Shown: one piece after another, positions 27,901 through 42,900 of the stretch | Layout: each line of letters begins with the position of its first letter | Numbering within the stretch: position 1 is the first letter of the stretch | From: Antedon mediterranea | Taxonomy: Eukaryota; Animalia; Echinodermata | DNA length: 64,000 bases | Assembly (NCBI RefSeq): GCF_964355755.1 | Contig: NC_092676.1 | Location: 18,618,871-18,682,870 of the forward strand | Direction: 5' to 3' | The notes under the pieces: generated by a model | The model's database searches: none | The model's input: the letters and a program-made list of their open reading frames with translations, nothing else | What the model was told of the DNA's origin: nothing | Translations under genes and position numbers: made by a program

Positions 27901-30900
27901 AGACAATGAAAAAATACATCATTAATTTATTGTTTTGTTTTTGTGTAGAAAAAACATGAAGAAATGAGCTTACAACTACCTTCGTTAAACACAATCAACT
28001 CTCTGGCCACAAGGCTTGAAACTAAGAACTCTAGTTTGGTTCCTCTGGTGAAAGGCGACCTTAATATTGTCAAGGCTGGTTGGGAAAGATCAGAGGCAAA
28101 GCTAAAGACCCGCGAAAAAGAGCTGCAGAAAGTGTTAGAGAGTGCACCCTCCACCGATTACATAGAGGCTATGAAAGCGCTGCTGCAGTGGTTGGAGAGA
28201 GTAGATGAGGTGTTAAAATGTAAAGAGTTTTTAGTCTCAGACCAAGATACTATGGAAGACCAGGCTCAGAAATTTAAGGTAGATAACAAGTTTTAGAATA
28301 GAACGATTAGGCACCATTTGGTTTGTTATGATATTGGGGAAGCAGGGATGTAAATAATGTTACAAAGTGGTTTGAAAATCTCTTTCAGTGAGTGAAAACA
28401 GACTATACAGGAGGCTGAATGTGTATGAGGTTAATTTAGTTTTACGGTTTATAAATTTAAAATCATTACCATTATTGACTTGAAAGCATCACATGATTTT
28501 CATTTAAATTGGTTGTATTTGAATACTTATAAGTAATCTTGATTTAAGAAATTTAGGTTGTAGGTTTTGTCTACTTTTGATTACAATCATTCAACAATAT
28601 TGAAACAAAAGTGAAATTTAACAATGTGGCCTTCTGCCAACATTAACAATTGAATGGGTGGGGATACAATTATTGTCTGTTACATTTTGACACTGTGAAC
28701 ATGTTTTTAATATGTATTTATTACTGAAATATCAATTATAATCTCACATATAGTATGAACACTTAATATTTTTTCTTTCTTATATTGATCAAATCAAACA
28801 ATTTTTGTATTATTACAGGAACTTCAGTCAACCTTGAGTCAGCAACAGACAAACTACGATTACGTAACAAAAATGGGCCGTGATTTAACAAGGCGTTTTC
28901 CCGGCTCCATTTCAGCAACAAATGTTCAGGCTGACCTGGATCGTCTGCAAGCACAGTGGCGGGAAGTATCAGGCACGCTTGATGAAAGACAGGGTAACCT
29001 CGAGACGGCACTTGGGGAGTTGAAGCTTTGGCAGGTGGGTGTGGTCATGTGATTAAAAAAGATAGTTTGTTGGTCATGTGATTTAAAGGTTATATGACTG
29101 GTTGCACCATGCAATAATCAGATCTGTAATGCTGTAGTACAAATTGAGTAAACATGCATTTGTATTGCACAATAATGCACAACTGTTTTAACAAGATATC
29201 TTGGAAAGGACTTCCAGAAAGGTCTGGCGGTCCAGTATGGATTATGTGCACTTTAAAGAGCCCAGTGCATCTTCTGGAAGAGTGGGGAGTCTATAATATA
29301 ATTATCTTATTTGGTGGCAGCTGTGAAAGTTGTTATAAAAGTGTATTTTACATCTAGTCTTTCACTGATGGTTGTCACTGTAGAACATTAGAAATAGAAA
29401 ACCATATATACCATACTACCTACCTGCCTTGTCATCTGCCATTTGGCAGGTCCATGACAGTCTTCTTTCTCCATACTTTAGTGCTTCTTTTAGTTCTGAA
29501 TATGTATTTTATTTTTTAACCTATCAAGCAAAGCTATTCTTTTCTTTCCTTTTTTTCATACCATACCATACTAAAGACAAGATTTTGTGCCTTCCTAGTT
29601 TTGGTAACTAAGGATCATACATCACTCCAAACCTTGATCTCAACATATCATTTCCACTTGACTATACTTTCTGATAGGGGCTTTTAAGTAGTTTTGTTTT
29701 CATAATAGGATGAGGTTAATGGCCTTAAAAGGTGGATGGAAGATGTTAATAAATTCTTGTCAATTGAGGATATTGCTGTTGGTGATGCTGCGCTACTACA
29801 AGCTCAACTTGACCAAAATAAGGTAATATACAGTACATTGTTGAGTGGGAACTTGTTTGCCTGTGGAATGGGAATCTTTTCTGCCTGTGGAATAATGGGA
29901 ATCTTTTCTGCCTGTGGAATGGGAATCTTTTCTGCCTGTGGAATGGGAATCTTTTCTGCCTGTGGAGTGGGAATCTTTTCTGCCTGTGGAGTGGGAATCT
30001 TTTCTGCCTGTGGAATGGGAATCTTTTCTGCCTGTGGAATGGGAATCTTTTCTGCCTGTGGAGTGGGAATCTTTTCTGCCTGTGGAGTGGGATTCTTTTC
30101 TGCCTGTGGAGTGGGAATCTTTTCTGCCTGTGGAGTGGGAATCTTTTCTGCCTGTGGAGTGGGAATCTTTTCTGCCTGTGGAATGGGAATCTTTTCTGCC
30201 TGTGGAGTGGGAATCTTTTCTGCCTGTGGAGTGGGAATCTTTTCTGCCTGTGGAGTGGGAATCTTTTCTGCCTGTGGAATGGGAATCTTTTCTGCCTGTG
30301 GAGTGGGAATCTTTTCTGCCTGTGGAATGGGAATCTTTTCTGCCTGTGGAGTGGGAATCTTTTCTGCCTGTGGAATGGGAATCTTTTCTGCCTTTGGAGT
30401 GGGAATTTCTATTACCCGTGGAGCGAGATATTTTTTTTCCTGTGATATTTATACAGTATTACTATTTACTTCTTAAAGATTTTTGTTTACTTTCGTTATT
30501 TGATTTAAAAAAGAGATTATATTATGCTCTATTACTAAACAGAACCCAGAAGTGGTTGTATAAGCCAGACTCTTTTTCATCTTTCTCTATAGATTAGATT
30601 AAAACTTAAGGTCGAAACAAAAGTTCTAGCTGCCAAGACACACTTTATCTTTTATATGTTTATTGAAGATTATAAACAAAATCACTTTTCATCACAGAGT
30701 GATGACCTATTTTTATTGCCAAATAACCATTTATTTAAAAATAGATTTAAAAAATAAAATCATATGCTTTGTGCTCCCAAAATGGAGTAATTGGTTAAGC
30801 ATGAATTGAACTCGGGTAGTAAAACAATTTCTGAGACTTTAAAACTTTCAAAATTTCTAGATGACCAGTTTTAGGAGAGTTGACTGTAACTTTCAGTTTA

Positions 30901-33900
30901 TAAATGTCATATTTAGAATTCCATTATAAAGTTGGATCAACCATCTTATCCTTTACAATTATTTTATAATCATTTAAAATCACTTTATAATCCATTCAAA
31001 CCAACTATGACCGTTTTTTAACCCAACTAGGCTCTGCATACTGACATCGGTACATTACAACTGAACACAAACAGTGTGAACGAACTGGGAAAGAAATTAG
31101 CATCGACCGCTGAACCAGAGTTTTCTGCGAAAATGGAATCAGACCTTGACAAACTTAATACGGAATGGTCCAGGATATTATTGCTGACAAAAGAACAACA
31201 TGAGAGTCTTGAGTTGGCTCAGGCAAACCTGATGAAACTCCGAGAGGATGTGGAAAAGACGAGAGAGTGTATTACTAGAGTGGATAAAGACTACGGCCAG
31301 CAGAATGTTTCTGCGATAGATTCAACAGAAATTCAGAACAAAATAAAAATATTCAAGGTAAATAAAATTATATCCATAGAATGATTATTTTTGTAAAATA
31401 TGTGATGTATATGTAATACTGTATATACAGTAATAATATATAATATTTTGTTTGTTTTTATTGTTTTCTTCTCCATGTTTGGAGCTTTTGAATAAATTTT
31501 ATAGTTCTTAAGTTCTTAATTACTTTATTGTTGAAAGTTGGTCAAATTTGCCATCTTTATTTAATGCTGGCAGTTTCTGTATTATTTATTCTGTTGACTT
31601 TTCGTTTATTTGTTGTAATATAACCGCTCTAAAAGTTTGTAACTCCCTCTGTTCCAAAGTGTCTTAAGTAAATACATAAAATTGAAAGATAACACATTTA
31701 TGGGATGTTTTCAATTTCAGCTGGGCCAGGAGGAATTAAAAAACAAGAATCCATCCCTTTGGCGTTCTCGACATATGGAGATAATAAGCAAGGCCTCACT
31801 ATCTGCTAATGATAATCTCAATTCAGAGCTCACAGGTTTGGAAGAAGCATGGAAACTAGAAATGGATAAACTTGAGTCTAAATGCAAGGTTAGTCAAGGT
31901 TTTTTGGATATATTATTTAAACATTTTATCCATGTCAGAATTTATATTTTAAGTATAATAAACTTTACGAGACAAAATTATTTATTGTCGGTTTAACAAC
32001 GAGGTACAAATGAAATTTTGTTGGTTGGTTTACATTTTGATTTAAATACAATTATACAATGAATCTAAAGAGATCTAATATGAACTTTAACTTTTTTAAA
32101 TATGCAACACTGTATGTTGAATATGCTGTTACATTGTTTAGCATAATCTACCTCAAAGGCAGAATTTTTCAGAAGTAAACAAAAATTCTGTAAATAAAGA
32201 ATGTAAAATATTGTAAAATTAGGTTTTATTCAGATATTACTGGTCTGGATTGAAATGTATATAAATGATAATTATTGTTCTCCATTTTTCATTCAGATTC
32301 TTTCTCAGGCTGCTGACAACTGGAAGAAGTTGAAAAGGTTGTTGGCTGAAGAGTCTACCTGGATGGATGGGTTCTCCAAAAAGCTGGACAACCCGTCAGC
32401 CAGCTTGGATGCTGAAGAAATATCGGAAGAAATTGATGTAGGTTTCCTCAGGATAATTAAAAGTCTTTTTAGATAACTTCACTAAAGCTCTGTCTACACT
32501 ATCGAACTAGTTTGACATAAAAAGTTTGATGTGCCCAAATATGGTAGTGATATGTCAAAATATTGTATTGATATCCATATATGATATAATTGTCCATATG
32601 GGCACATTAAATTTTGTTGCTGTATAAAGTTTAATAGTGTAGACAGAGCTTAATTAAGAGTGTTGTTTTTAACAACCTATCTTGTAAATAATAGATAGAA
32701 ATCCAGGTGCATTTGTGGGACCTGAAATTTGTAGATCAATCATGCAACATAACTTGAATGATGGTTTACTACAAATACAGGTGGCCATAGATGGCAACTA
32801 AAAGTACATGTGTAGTACTAAATTATTACCAGTGAGGTTTCATTTATGTGTCATTTATCTATGTAATAATATATGTAATACAATTTTACAGGTACTAGAA
32901 TCATCCCTACAAAAACATGTTGTTGAGTGCAACGACCTGGTGAACAATTTGGCGCGTACCCTGACAGAACAAGACATAATGGTTGCAAATGTAGAGCGAG
33001 AAGTTCAGCAATACAATATTCGCTCTGAAGAAGTTACAAAGAGGGTTAGCATTTGTTTAGTTATTTCATGTTACCTTGCATAACATTTTTTATCTCATAT
33101 GGCTTAACAAAACATTTCAGAAATAATGGGGAAACTCCTCTTTGAAATTTAGTACAGTTCAGATTTTACCATGTTGTTATATTTGTGCAGTGTATTTGTT
33201 CTAAAGCACTGTCTACATCCTAGTTTGACAAAAAGAGTGTGATGTGCACAAATATGGTAGTGATATGCTTAAATATGGTAGTGATATGACACCATGTCCA
33301 TATATAGGCACATCACATTTTTTATAGTGTAGACAGACTTTACCGGAGTGAATAGTGTTCTCATGACTGTTAATAATTACTGAGTTGGAAATCTGTTTAG
33401 TAGTTGGTGTCTAACGGTCTTTGGATTTATAAATATATATAATTGTTTCTCTGGCATTTATTAGGCTAAACGAAGGCAAGCAACACTTGAAACCAATGTG
33501 CAGTTACTTCAGAGGTTGGAAAGAGACATGTTGTCTCTGCAGAACTGGATCACCAATGTTGACAAGACACTAAATGGAAGACTTACTTCGAAGATATCAG
33601 CTTCTGATGTCCCTGAAGAATTTGAGGTTTACAACAATTGCACTCATTTAATTACATTCATTCATTCTTTAAATACCTTTCTGTTCTTTCATTCTGAAAC
33701 CTGTTTTCTGAAAAATAAACAATAATTGTGTTTTTTTTTATTTATTTGTTTTATTTGAAAACATACATTAAAATATGTCAAAAAAGGCTAAAAACGTCCA
33801 ATGCCTTGAGCATGGGAGGGAGACTTAGGGTTCTTAAACCAGAGGCCTAACAATTACGCCACTGTGTAGGGTAAGATGTTAGTTGTGCTTATTTATACTC

Positions 33901-36900
33901 TCTTCCTGCTGATTGAATGATGAAGTTGTCAGTAGTCAGAAAACTTTTTTCAGTTTAATTTGATGCCAGGATTCATTACAACTTTTTTTTGTTTATTTCA
34001 GCAATTGAAATTAGAGTTTGCTTCAAGAGAGAATGATTATGATGACATTGATAACCGAGCACATGGACTCATGGAGCAAACTCATGAGGGCGCCTCTCAT
34101 CGGATGCAACAACAGATTGACATGCTTAGGGTAAGAATGAGAAACTTGTTAAAAAATCATAATAAGTGAGAAGAGTATTTAAAACTGATTTTTAAATCTA
34201 GGCAGAAACAAATCTCAAATATTTTGTTTTTAATTTAATGTATTTCTAGGCCTAATACAAGACCATAAATAGTACACCGGTATACCATTTTGGATAGTGT
34301 ACAAGTTCTTTATTGTGCACATAAGCAATGTATGTTCATGAGACCAATGGCTTTACGTCATATCTGTAGGACAAGAAAATTAGCATAAAGTATCTGGCCT
34401 AGGATACAAGGACTATGGCACAGACAGGCCTCAAACTCATGCCTTATACATGCTAATCTACCTTTATGTAGTGTATGAATTGTCAAAATGAAAAGATACC
34501 CAAGAATCTAACCTGTTATAGAGTAATTAGTCAAAAACCATTATTTTCATGTCTATAATTAGAAAATTCTTAATTAATTGAGAAAAGTACAATACTTGAT
34601 AAGGTATACTGTATGTGTTTTTTCCAAACAGAAACACCTTGATGAATTGCAGTTTAAATTTCGAAAGTTCCAAAAACCAGCGGACTTCGAACCAAAAATG
34701 CTGCATGTTAAAGAAATCCTAGAACGTGTCAATGAAGGAATAAAGGTCCTTGACCTTAAGAACGGTGAACCTGAGGTCATTCAAACACAGCTTGATGCCT
34801 GCATGGTAATTAATTCATTATGTAAATTGACAGTATATGTGTGATTCCTATCATCTCCACAGAATTGTATCATCAGCCTTAGGCTAAAGTTATCTAAGAT
34901 TTATAACTTCAATTGATTATGAATATTAGATAAGCTGGACTATTAATTATGTAGCAGAGTTCAAAGTTGTTTGAACACATTTGGTGACATTCACTGAATA
35001 GTTTTTATGATTTTTAATTGGTATAAATGAAATGGTAATGTTAAGAGTGTTCTATCCAGCCTGATTTTAACTAGCGTTCACCCAAGAAACCGCTGAATAC
35101 CCTGAAAGTACTGACCATACTTAAATTTGTTGACACCCACCTCTATACTTTATCTATATCCCTCAATAATTATTAAATAAGATAAATAAAACAATTGAAT
35201 GGTACAGAACAGTACAGCATTCAAACTTTTGTAAAATTCCTATTAATGGGACACCTTCAGGACCCAAAGAAGTATCCCCTCAATAGGGGTGTCCCCTGTA
35301 ATAGGGGTTAACCGTTACATAGATCCCCTCACTAATTTTATAAGAAAGTCTCTCCTGGTGAGTATATACATTTTAGAGAAGCTCCAATCCACCCAGTGAT
35401 ATACTTGGAATTAATTTTTAAACTGTTAAGATGAGGAAATTTGGGATTATGGAGACATCCTATCATTAGCCTATCATTTTTATTTTTGTCATAAATTGTT
35501 AGGGTTTCTACAAGACATTAAGTGAAGTGAAAGCCGAGGTAGAATGGGTTATTAAATCTGGCCGGAATATTGTTGAAAAACGTCAGCTAGAGAATCCGGC
35601 GGAGCTCACGGAACGGCTAAACGGATTAAAGCAACTTTATAACATTCTTGGAAAACGAGTAACAGAAGGAAAGCAGGAGCTCGAGAAGGCATTGAAGCTG
35701 TCTCGCAAACTTAAGAAAGAGATGATAGCCCTCAGTGAATGGATGAAGAGCGTTGGCGATGAATTGAATCGACGAGAATCGTTAAACAAAATCCCAGATG
35801 ATCTCAAAGAAGAGCAAGAATGGATGGAGGTAATATTGTTATATACCGTAATTTACACACTATTATTTTTGTTGGATACTAATTGAAAATATTAATGTCA
35901 TTGAAGGAGTCACGTTTCTTACAAAAAATACCAGAATGCCAGACTATTTTGTAAATATTTCGCCATCATCTTTACCGTAGCATCTGAGTATAGTCACAAG
36001 TATTGGTCACATTTTATGTAGTTAAGCTTCCCAATTACTTAAATTTGAGTTCCACATGTTTCATTTATTGAAAAGGAGTTAATATTGATTTTATGGATGA
36101 CTGGGGAAAAAAAATTTAACATTGCAAAAGAAGCGCCATTACCCTAATTGTCTTTAACCATTTTATGTGCAAACAAATATAGTTGTTGCTAATGAAAATT
36201 TGTGGAATGCCACCCTTTGCGCTTACTCACAAATACACATACAACAATTAAATACATTTGTATTATTCAGAAACTGGAATTAGAATCTCGAAAATGCAAG
36301 CCTAAATTAAAAGAGATGGGAGATGTTTCTGCGCAATTATCACGACTCAGTAAGTGTGACACGATAATGCCGTTACAAGAGGACGTTACGCAGCTGGAGA
36401 AACAGTATGCAGACTTTACAGAGAAGATTGTGATGCGACAAGATGCTATCAAGGTAAGGAAACTAGGTCACTAGGGTTTTTGCTTGTTTATTGTTATTTT
36501 TGTTTTGTGTTGATTGGACACATATAGGATTCATGTTTTTGCCAGAATCTTTTAATACAATGGAAAACCACTTATTTTCACTGTTACGATTCTTCCATTT
36601 GTTTCGGCCCTTATGATCGATCGAAAGTGGGTGAATCACAGAAAAAAACCAAAATATAAATTTGCACGCAATGTATGCTGGTATATTAGCAGGCCACTTA
36701 AGTTTATTAAAATCGGCTTATATTTCACATTTTTACCATTTATAGACTATTATTGCAAAGCCTATATAGTATTTAATTTTACATAAAATGCTTGTGAACT
36801 TAAATTAAATGTAGGGAACGTGTCTTAATAATAAGTATTTTAAAATCGTTGAATCGTTACTTCCATTACAATTCATTGCATAAAAGTCATTAAGATCTAA

Positions 36901-39900
36901 ATGTCTGTAATAATGTTTTGAATTTTATATGATATGTTTTATTGATTAAAAATCTAATAGGTTTAAATGGTAATTCAGAAATTTCACAAAATTATAAATA
37001 ATGTATATGTATACTATATTAATGTTTATTGAGGATTGTACAAAACATAAAATCAATTCTTGGAATTGCTTTATTATTCGGTACGGTATGCAATGATTAT
37101 TGTTAGAATTAAAATAAATATATTCACTTAAATTCTAGTCATTATTCTGATCTTGTTGTGAAGGAGAGATAGCTTCGTGCGCGTCATCACTTGCGTTCGC
37201 AGAACAGACGATGCTGATATTGGATTTCATGCGGATTTTTGTGCCATATGCGAGAAAATTTGTTTTCCTACACAAAAAAAGTACTATTACACAATTGTTA
37301 AATAGTACTGTACATAATATTTCACGCCATGTGACTCACAATCATCCAATCAAATGACAAGAATTTATTTAGATGTTATATAATTACAGTTTAGTCTTAT
37401 GTTGTAATATTTTAGTATATAATAATAAATGAATTTCTCATTCTATGACCAAGTTGTGAGGCACAATTCCTACAGAAAACATTTGAAGAAATTGTTCAGT
37501 AATTTGAAAGAAACTGTACAGAACCTAGTCTATATACTTATTTTTTTCCCAGAATTTCACAATTTGCCTTTTTTTGTTCCATTGTTTCATTCATTTGTTT
37601 CATTAATTGGTTCCAGGATCATCAGAATCGCATCAGTACATTAAAAGTCAATGTCACTAGCATCCGAATGTGGTTGACAGCTGTTGAGAAGTCACTACGT
37701 ACATCTGATAGACTTTCACGTGAAGATAAAGCAGCACCAGAGGAGATCAATAAATATAAGGTATATAGTAACTAAACAAGTGTATAAATAGTTGGATATT
37801 AGGGAGCCTTTGATTTGTAACAAAGAACTTATAACACAAGAATCTCCTGTTCTTCAATTTGCATTCAAAACACAGTATCGGAAGTACAGGGTTAAAAGGT
37901 CAAACTGGGCGACGCCATTTCACAGCATGGAGCAGCGCCCCCTCCAAACTAGGAAGTCAATTACTCTACCCCCCTAGAGTATTAGCAGATCCCCTCTATG
38001 ATTTTGACTTTCTAATTTGATGCGGGCGCCCTACTCCTCAGTCAATTACTCTATCCCCCCTAGAGCATTAGCAGATCCCCTCTATGATTTTGACTTTCTA
38101 ATTTGATGCGGGCGCCCTACTCCATGGCTCACAATGGCGCCACCCATAGCTCTATTCTATCCCACAATGCCTTTCGAAATTGTTACGGGCTTCGGATGAA
38201 CAGGAGATTCTTGTGTTATAAGTTCTTTGTTTGTAACGATGACAGGACCTACGACCTACGTATATTGTGTCATTGGTAATTATCTGGACATAGAATCAAA
38301 ATGCGTTTGATGAGTAAATAGTCAGTCATTGCTAATCAAAAGCTCCTTTATTGTCATTTAATCATAGCTTATCAACAAAGTTTGCGTTGTTGTATAAAGA
38401 AATGTCTCTGTGTGGTATTCCACCTTTTGCACCCAACCCTCAACACTTGTATTAATGTAGGTATACCGTAACCCCACTCAATAATTGCAACATGATATTG
38501 GACCCAATTATCTATAGGAGATACATAAAAACATAATCAAATGTAAGAGATCTCCTATAAATTAAGACACTGTTGAAGAAGACATATAGTAGAAAGGCTG
38601 TTTGAGCATCAGTATAAACATTGTAGAATACAGTACAATTGTTATTTATAGCACAATGTTAATTTAAAATTTGAGTTGTTTTATTTTTACAGAAACTACA
38701 AGATGAAGCAAATGAATTGGTCGTACGAGTAGAGGAGACTCGAGATGAAGCCATGGAATTGATGCAAGCTGGGGGCGAAGGTCGCAGAGTTGTTGAGCCA
38801 GAACTCATTGCATTAAACCAGAAATGGGAGGAAGACTGTAGAAGAATTAAGGTAAAGAGAATTCAAATTTTGTGTAGATTAAATTCTGAGAAACAGGATT
38901 GATGCAGTGTCCTCCTTGATGCAATGCAAGGAAGTAAGCTTGCCACAAGTAATTTGACCAATAACGGTGTGATGGATCATCCAAACCTTTGCTTGCAATT
39001 AGTCAACACACTTGGGTTGTGTTGCATCTAAGTGGAAACCAAGAACCCAGAAATTATTTTAAAGTTTCAGAGCCTACTCTATGTTTAATATGATAATATA
39101 TAATATATACTAATTTGTAAAGCGCCAATTCCAGCAACAAGTGATCAAAGACGCTGTGGACTAATACCCCTTTCACACCAAAAGCAAAACTCCGGAGACA
39201 CCCCGGAGTTGACGCCCCGCTGTTTGGTGTGAAAGGTAAAATCAAGCAACTCCGGAGTTTAAAACTGCGGGGTTGAACAGCTGAACATTCTCCGGAGAGC
39301 GAACTGCGGTGACACCCCGGTGTTTTGGTGTGAAAGGTACCAACATCAAACTCCGGAGGGTTTCGGGTCAAAAGGTCATCCTCACACGATCACTCATTGC
39401 TTTAGTTTTATTTCAAAACACTTTAAATATTTGTACAAAATATATAGCAGGTTTAAAAAATAATAAGTAGTATCAATAAAACATTATATTACTTCTGAGA
39501 CTTTTGAAAGTAATTATTAAATTAAAAATATTGTTAATTAAAATTATTCTAATGATCGTCGCTATGTAAAAAAAAAAAAATAGAGGGCGACATTTACAAT
39601 TTTATTTTATTAACCCCGGTGTTGCTAGGTTGGTGTGAAAGGGGTATCTCCGGAGTTTCTCGACGTTTTGAATGGTCATAAACCCTGGGGTGTCTCCGGA
39701 GACACTCCGGAGTTTTGGTGTGAAAGGGGTATAAGATGTTACACCTTTTCAACAACATTCTTCTCCCCTAAGGGTCGCATCATGTCATTGGCAGCCAACT
39801 ACAGTGCCATTATGTCTGTACACGACAGTGTGTGTGTATGAACTAGTACACCGGGGTAACCCCTACTCGTCTCGAAAGATGTACAGGTTCTTTAAAGTGC

Positions 39901-42900
39901 ACATGAGCCAGATGTACACTGGACCTACGATTTAGTTCTTATCCGTGAAGATTTGTTCTTCGAGCGAGTGAGCCTCGAACCCTTGTTGATGTTATGGCTA
40001 TGGATTACGGTTCCACTGTCTTAACCGCTCGGCGACACTTACTCAGTGATTGCTGTTACAGAGTAGTTTTTGTGTAAGATCATAAAGTAACATAATTACT
40101 GCCATTAACAAGTAAACAGTGACATTGAAGCAAAATAAAATAGAAAAGGTACGTTGCACAACTGTTGGCTAAACTACGCTGTTTGCAAATGAGTAGAATG
40201 CTGTCATCCGCGAAAAACTTCTTATTTATTTACATACAGAAAGACTTCAGTTAAATTTATATAAGAATGCCTCCCAGTCCACTTATTTGTAAATGAGTAC
40301 CTGTTTAAAAAAACCAGGGAGGAAAAGGCGGCTGGCCAAACTATCATAGTCATAATGCTGAGGTTTAATATGATAATTGACTGACAGCTCATCCTATGTT
40401 TTCAGAATAAAACAGGACTCGCCAACATTAACAATGCAATATGGTATAAAATAAGTTGTTTAAATTCAATCACTGTACACTGTAATATAATTTAATAAAG
40501 AAAAGCTTTTGTTTTGACATCATGGTAAAAGAGGTTTCCACAAATTTTATTCCATTATCAAAATGGGAATTTGTGTGCAGGTGAATTTTCTTGTATAAAC
40601 AGTACAACCTAATCTCTCTTTTATATTGCTTTGATACCATAGCTGTTTATCACCTTTCAATGACCCATCATCTATCCATTATTTATTATCTTTTCAAAGT
40701 CTTTACATCCCCTGTATTAACCCTTGCTACATTTAGCTATTTTAGTTGACCTCTATTAACCTCTGCTTAACATTCATCTTTGTCTTCCCAGGATGCCTTT
40801 GGGCATCTTTTAAAATCCATCTTTACAAACCTGTATTCTCTTAAGTCAGATTTATTAGGTGAAAGGCTTTAGTAACCATGTGATCAACAATAACAATTTG
40901 TTGTATTAAATTTGTTTATTTACACCAGTTTATGTATCTTTTTAATCAGATTTGCTGTCAGGAACATTTCTTTGTATTTTTACAAAAACACATTTTATGG
41001 TCTTTTTCTTTTATTTATGGTTTAATTCTATTTAATCTTCCTTTTTTCAAAATTTAAATTTTAGGTAAAATAGTAGTTATATCACTCTGGACATACCTTT
41101 CAAAAGAAGATTAAAAATTAATTATTATATATGTACTAATGTTTAAAAGACATTTTTTTTATTTGTGTTGAAGTGTTTTGTTTATTGGCCAATATTAGTA
41201 CATTTAATTCCGAATGCTAAGCTTATTTATTATCTAATTCTGCTGTGCTCGAGTTTTTGGGATATTAAGCATTACTTTCTTGATTGCTTAAAATTTTACA
41301 TTTGACATGATTTTGTCTCTGAATTGAATCCCTTCTCAGCATCTATTGCTAAAATATTTGACAAATTGAATAGTCTCAACTCAATCAGATCCATTTGTTG
41401 ACATGCTTGTAGTATACATTTTAATTAAATTTTCACCAGGCAATGGCTGCTCTACGACATTAACAGATTCAATAAGCCATGGAATATTGCAATAGCTGTT
41501 GTAGATTTATAATGGAGATGGATTGTGGCAATATATAGGCATTTGATAAATATATTATTTATGATATATGTGAAGTGTTTAACTGCTGATAGGGATTGTA
41601 AAGATTACATTTAATAAAGCCAGTAAGTACCAGTAGAGTCTATTACTATTAATGTAATGTTAGGAGTTTAGGTACAACATAGTTTAGCAGAGGTTTAGCT
41701 ATAAAAAGTGTTGGTACCAACTAATAATAGTAATAATATCCTGGATTTATATAGCACCTAATATTGTGAAACCTCTAAGAGCTGTACATAAACTAATACA
41801 ATAAAAGGGATTCTAACCATGCCAAAAAAAAAAAACCAAACCGAAGTAAGGGGATACACCTTCGTCGCTAACCAGGTATCGGTCTAATTGAACCCCGGAC
41901 AGCACCAGTTGTGTCTTGGTCATCCCGGACTCGAGTGCTATTTAAACAAGATCTAAAACTATCTAGGTGGCATGGTAAAGGAGGGGAATAATATGTAAGC
42001 ATAGGTTGCAAGAAAGCAGTATTACTATGTAATAAAAACCGATTCACATGTACTGCACATAGATCTTAAAGCAGTACCGGGAGAGGATGGAATTAAATTT
42101 TAAAATTTTTAATCTGGAGAACCTGACCACCCATTTTCACCACTCTAACTTTACATAATTAAAGAAATTCAAAAACTGAAAATAAAATGATTTTCAATTT
42201 AGTTAAGTCTTTGTAGAATTGGTAAATGAAAGTAATTCAACAGCAACATTCTGATATAACAAATATTCTACCATAGTTACTTGGGTTCAAGTCTTTTTTG
42301 GTGCATAAAAACTATAAAACAGATTAATATGAATTATACTAATCTGGACTTGGAAAATTGGATATAATTTTATACTAAAAATATGCAAATTAGGATAATT
42401 CTTTGTAAAAATCTTTAAATTTTGTACAAAAATATTGAATTTTAATACAAATTATAACATTTTTAGTTTGTAATAGTCAATCATGATGTCAACCATCCTC
42501 AGAACAAAGATGTTTATTAATGCTTAGAATTCCAAACTCAAGTTTGTTTATGGAGTTAAGATTATGGTCCAGATGATGTACAGTCCAAGGTTCCTGGCAT
42601 ATTTTCTTTTCTCTGCCCTGTTTTCTATTTCAATAAACTTTCAGTCACTTCGCACAATCTAGTAGTGTAGAAGGGACATTTTTTTTCTTGATCAACTTGT
42701 TTACTGTATCTGTTCATTTTAAGCATTTTCGTAAGTTATTGTTGTTATTGGCATTTAAACTTTAAAACTCTCAAGTATGTGGTCAATTATAAAATCACTG
42801 ATCTGTCAGTATTTCCTACTGTATGGTGATTTTATAAATATTTTCTTCTTTATACTGGATGACCTTTTCAATACAAGACTATTTTTTTCATAGGGTCCAG

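Noticed and set aside
11158-30409. CRISPR-like appearance of the regular repeats at 11158-11951 and 29842-30409
   Set aside because: No unique spacers, no cas genes, eukaryotic intron context.
29823-30597. 246-aa and 227-aa ORFs (GIFSACGM / EWESFLPV repeats)
   Set aside because: Read-through into a 24-bp minisatellite beyond the real donor at 29822.
39054-39841. ORFs of 105 aa (-) and 68 aa (+)
   Set aside because: Lie within a non-autonomous MITE; no transposase motifs.
41020-41070. AG|GT recursive-splice-like site (similar one at 3370)
   Set aside because: Expected by chance in AT-rich introns; the 41-kb site is in a 4.3-kb intron, short for recursive splicing.
41850-41960. GC-rich patch considered as ribozyme or SECIS
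   Set aside because: No hammerhead CTGANGA/GAAA core or proper SECIS quartet; adjacent to an L2-like tail, so probably retroelement-derived.
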